Positions 63,338 to 64,000 of a stretch of DNA of 64,000 nt are shown here, piece by piece. This stretch comes from Alphaproteobacteria bacterium. Lineage in GTDB: Bacteria > Pseudomonadota > Alphaproteobacteria > MPNO01. Each line of letters starts with the position of its first letter. Within the stretch, counting starts at the first letter, position 1. The notes below the pieces were generated by a model that was not told where the DNA came from, did no database searches, and saw only the letters and a program-made list of their open reading frames with translations. The position numbers and the translations under genes were made by a program. The stretch spans positions 448,001 through 512,000 of the forward strand of contig CBDFLJ010000001.1 in assembly GCA_965248835.1 (NCBI GenBank). The letters are read 5' to 3'.

Positions 63338-64000
63338 TGAGGGCCGTATTCGGTGCCGCAGTGCTGGCGCTCGGTGCGCTGGCAGGCCAGCCCGCACTCG
63401 CGGCCGGCAACGCTGAGCCGCCGCCGTCGATCAACTGGTCGTTCGACGGCCTGTTCGGCGCCTTCGACCGCGCCGCCCTGCAGCGCGGCTTCCAGGTGTA
63501 TTCGGAGGTCTGCGCGAGCTGTCACGCGCTGAGCCTGCTGCATTACCGCAACCTGGCTGGAATCGGGTTCAACGAGGCGCGGATCAAGGAGATCGCCGCC
63601 GAGGTCGAGGTCACCGACGGCCCCGATGCGGAAGGCGAGATGTTCGACCGCCCCGGCCGCGCAAGCGACCGCTTCGTTGCCCCCTTCCCCAACGCGAACG
63701 CGGCGCGCGCGGCCAACAACGGCGCCTTTCCGCCCGACCTTTCGCTGATGACCAAGGCCCGTGCCGGCGGCGCGGACTATCTGCACGCGCTGCTGATCGG
63801 CTATGTCGATCCGCCGCAGGGCGTCGAGCTGTCGGAGGGCATGGCCTACAACACATACTTCCCCGGCCACCAGATCGCCATGCCGGTGCCGCTGGACGAC
63901 GACATGGTCGAGTACGACGACGGCACCAAGGCGACGGTGGCGCAGATGGCCACGGACGTGACCACCTTCCTCGCCTGGGCCGCCGAACCCGAGCTCGAGG
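63337..64000 (+). CDS. petC: Cytochrome c1, truncated by the window end
   Basis: Signal peptide, LQRGFQVYSEVCASCH heme motif, PPDLSL, IAMP, FLAWAAEP. Confidence 0.97.
   Translation, partial: MRAVFGAAVLALGALAGQPALAAGNAEPPPSINWSFDGLFGAFDRAALQRGFQVYSEVCASCHALSLLHYRNLAGIGFNEARIKEIAAEVEVTDGPDAEGEMFDRPGRASDRFVAPFPNANAARAANNGAFPPDLSLMTKARAGGADYLHALLIGYVDPPQGVELSEGMAYNTYFPGHQIAMPVPLDDDMVEYDDGTKATVAQMATDVTTFLAWAAEPELE

Overview
GC-rich alphaproteobacterial (Rhodospirillales-like) chromosomal segment. Core content: the division/cell-wall cluster on the minus strand (rnpB, mraZ-rsmH-ftsL-ftsI-murE-murF-mraY-murD-ftsW-murG-murC-murB-ddl-ftsQ-ftsA-ftsZ-bamD-recN-ligA), with no lpxC between ftsZ and bamD, plus etfBA-hbd, gluQ, alkA, hemF and petABC. 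Accessory content: aromatic/heteroaromatic catabolic genes, a selenoneine-type senA/senB/selD-fusion cluster, a UGA-recoded AhpC/TSA-family selenoprotein that the ORF track splits in two, a stand-alone GcrA C-terminal-domain protein, two tandem MetE-like zinc enzymes and several gene remnants. The best candidate for an undescribed system is the 6125-6700 intergenic region. It appears to hold two convergent non-coding RNAs: a ~200-nt RNA with three repeated UUCG modules downstream of four DnaA-box-like sites, and a ~70-nt RNA whose promoter carries two NrdR-like boxes 32 bp apart. The 5' end of the small RNA is complementary to the terminator arm of the large one. All calls come from reading the sequence by eye; no database search or folding program was run.
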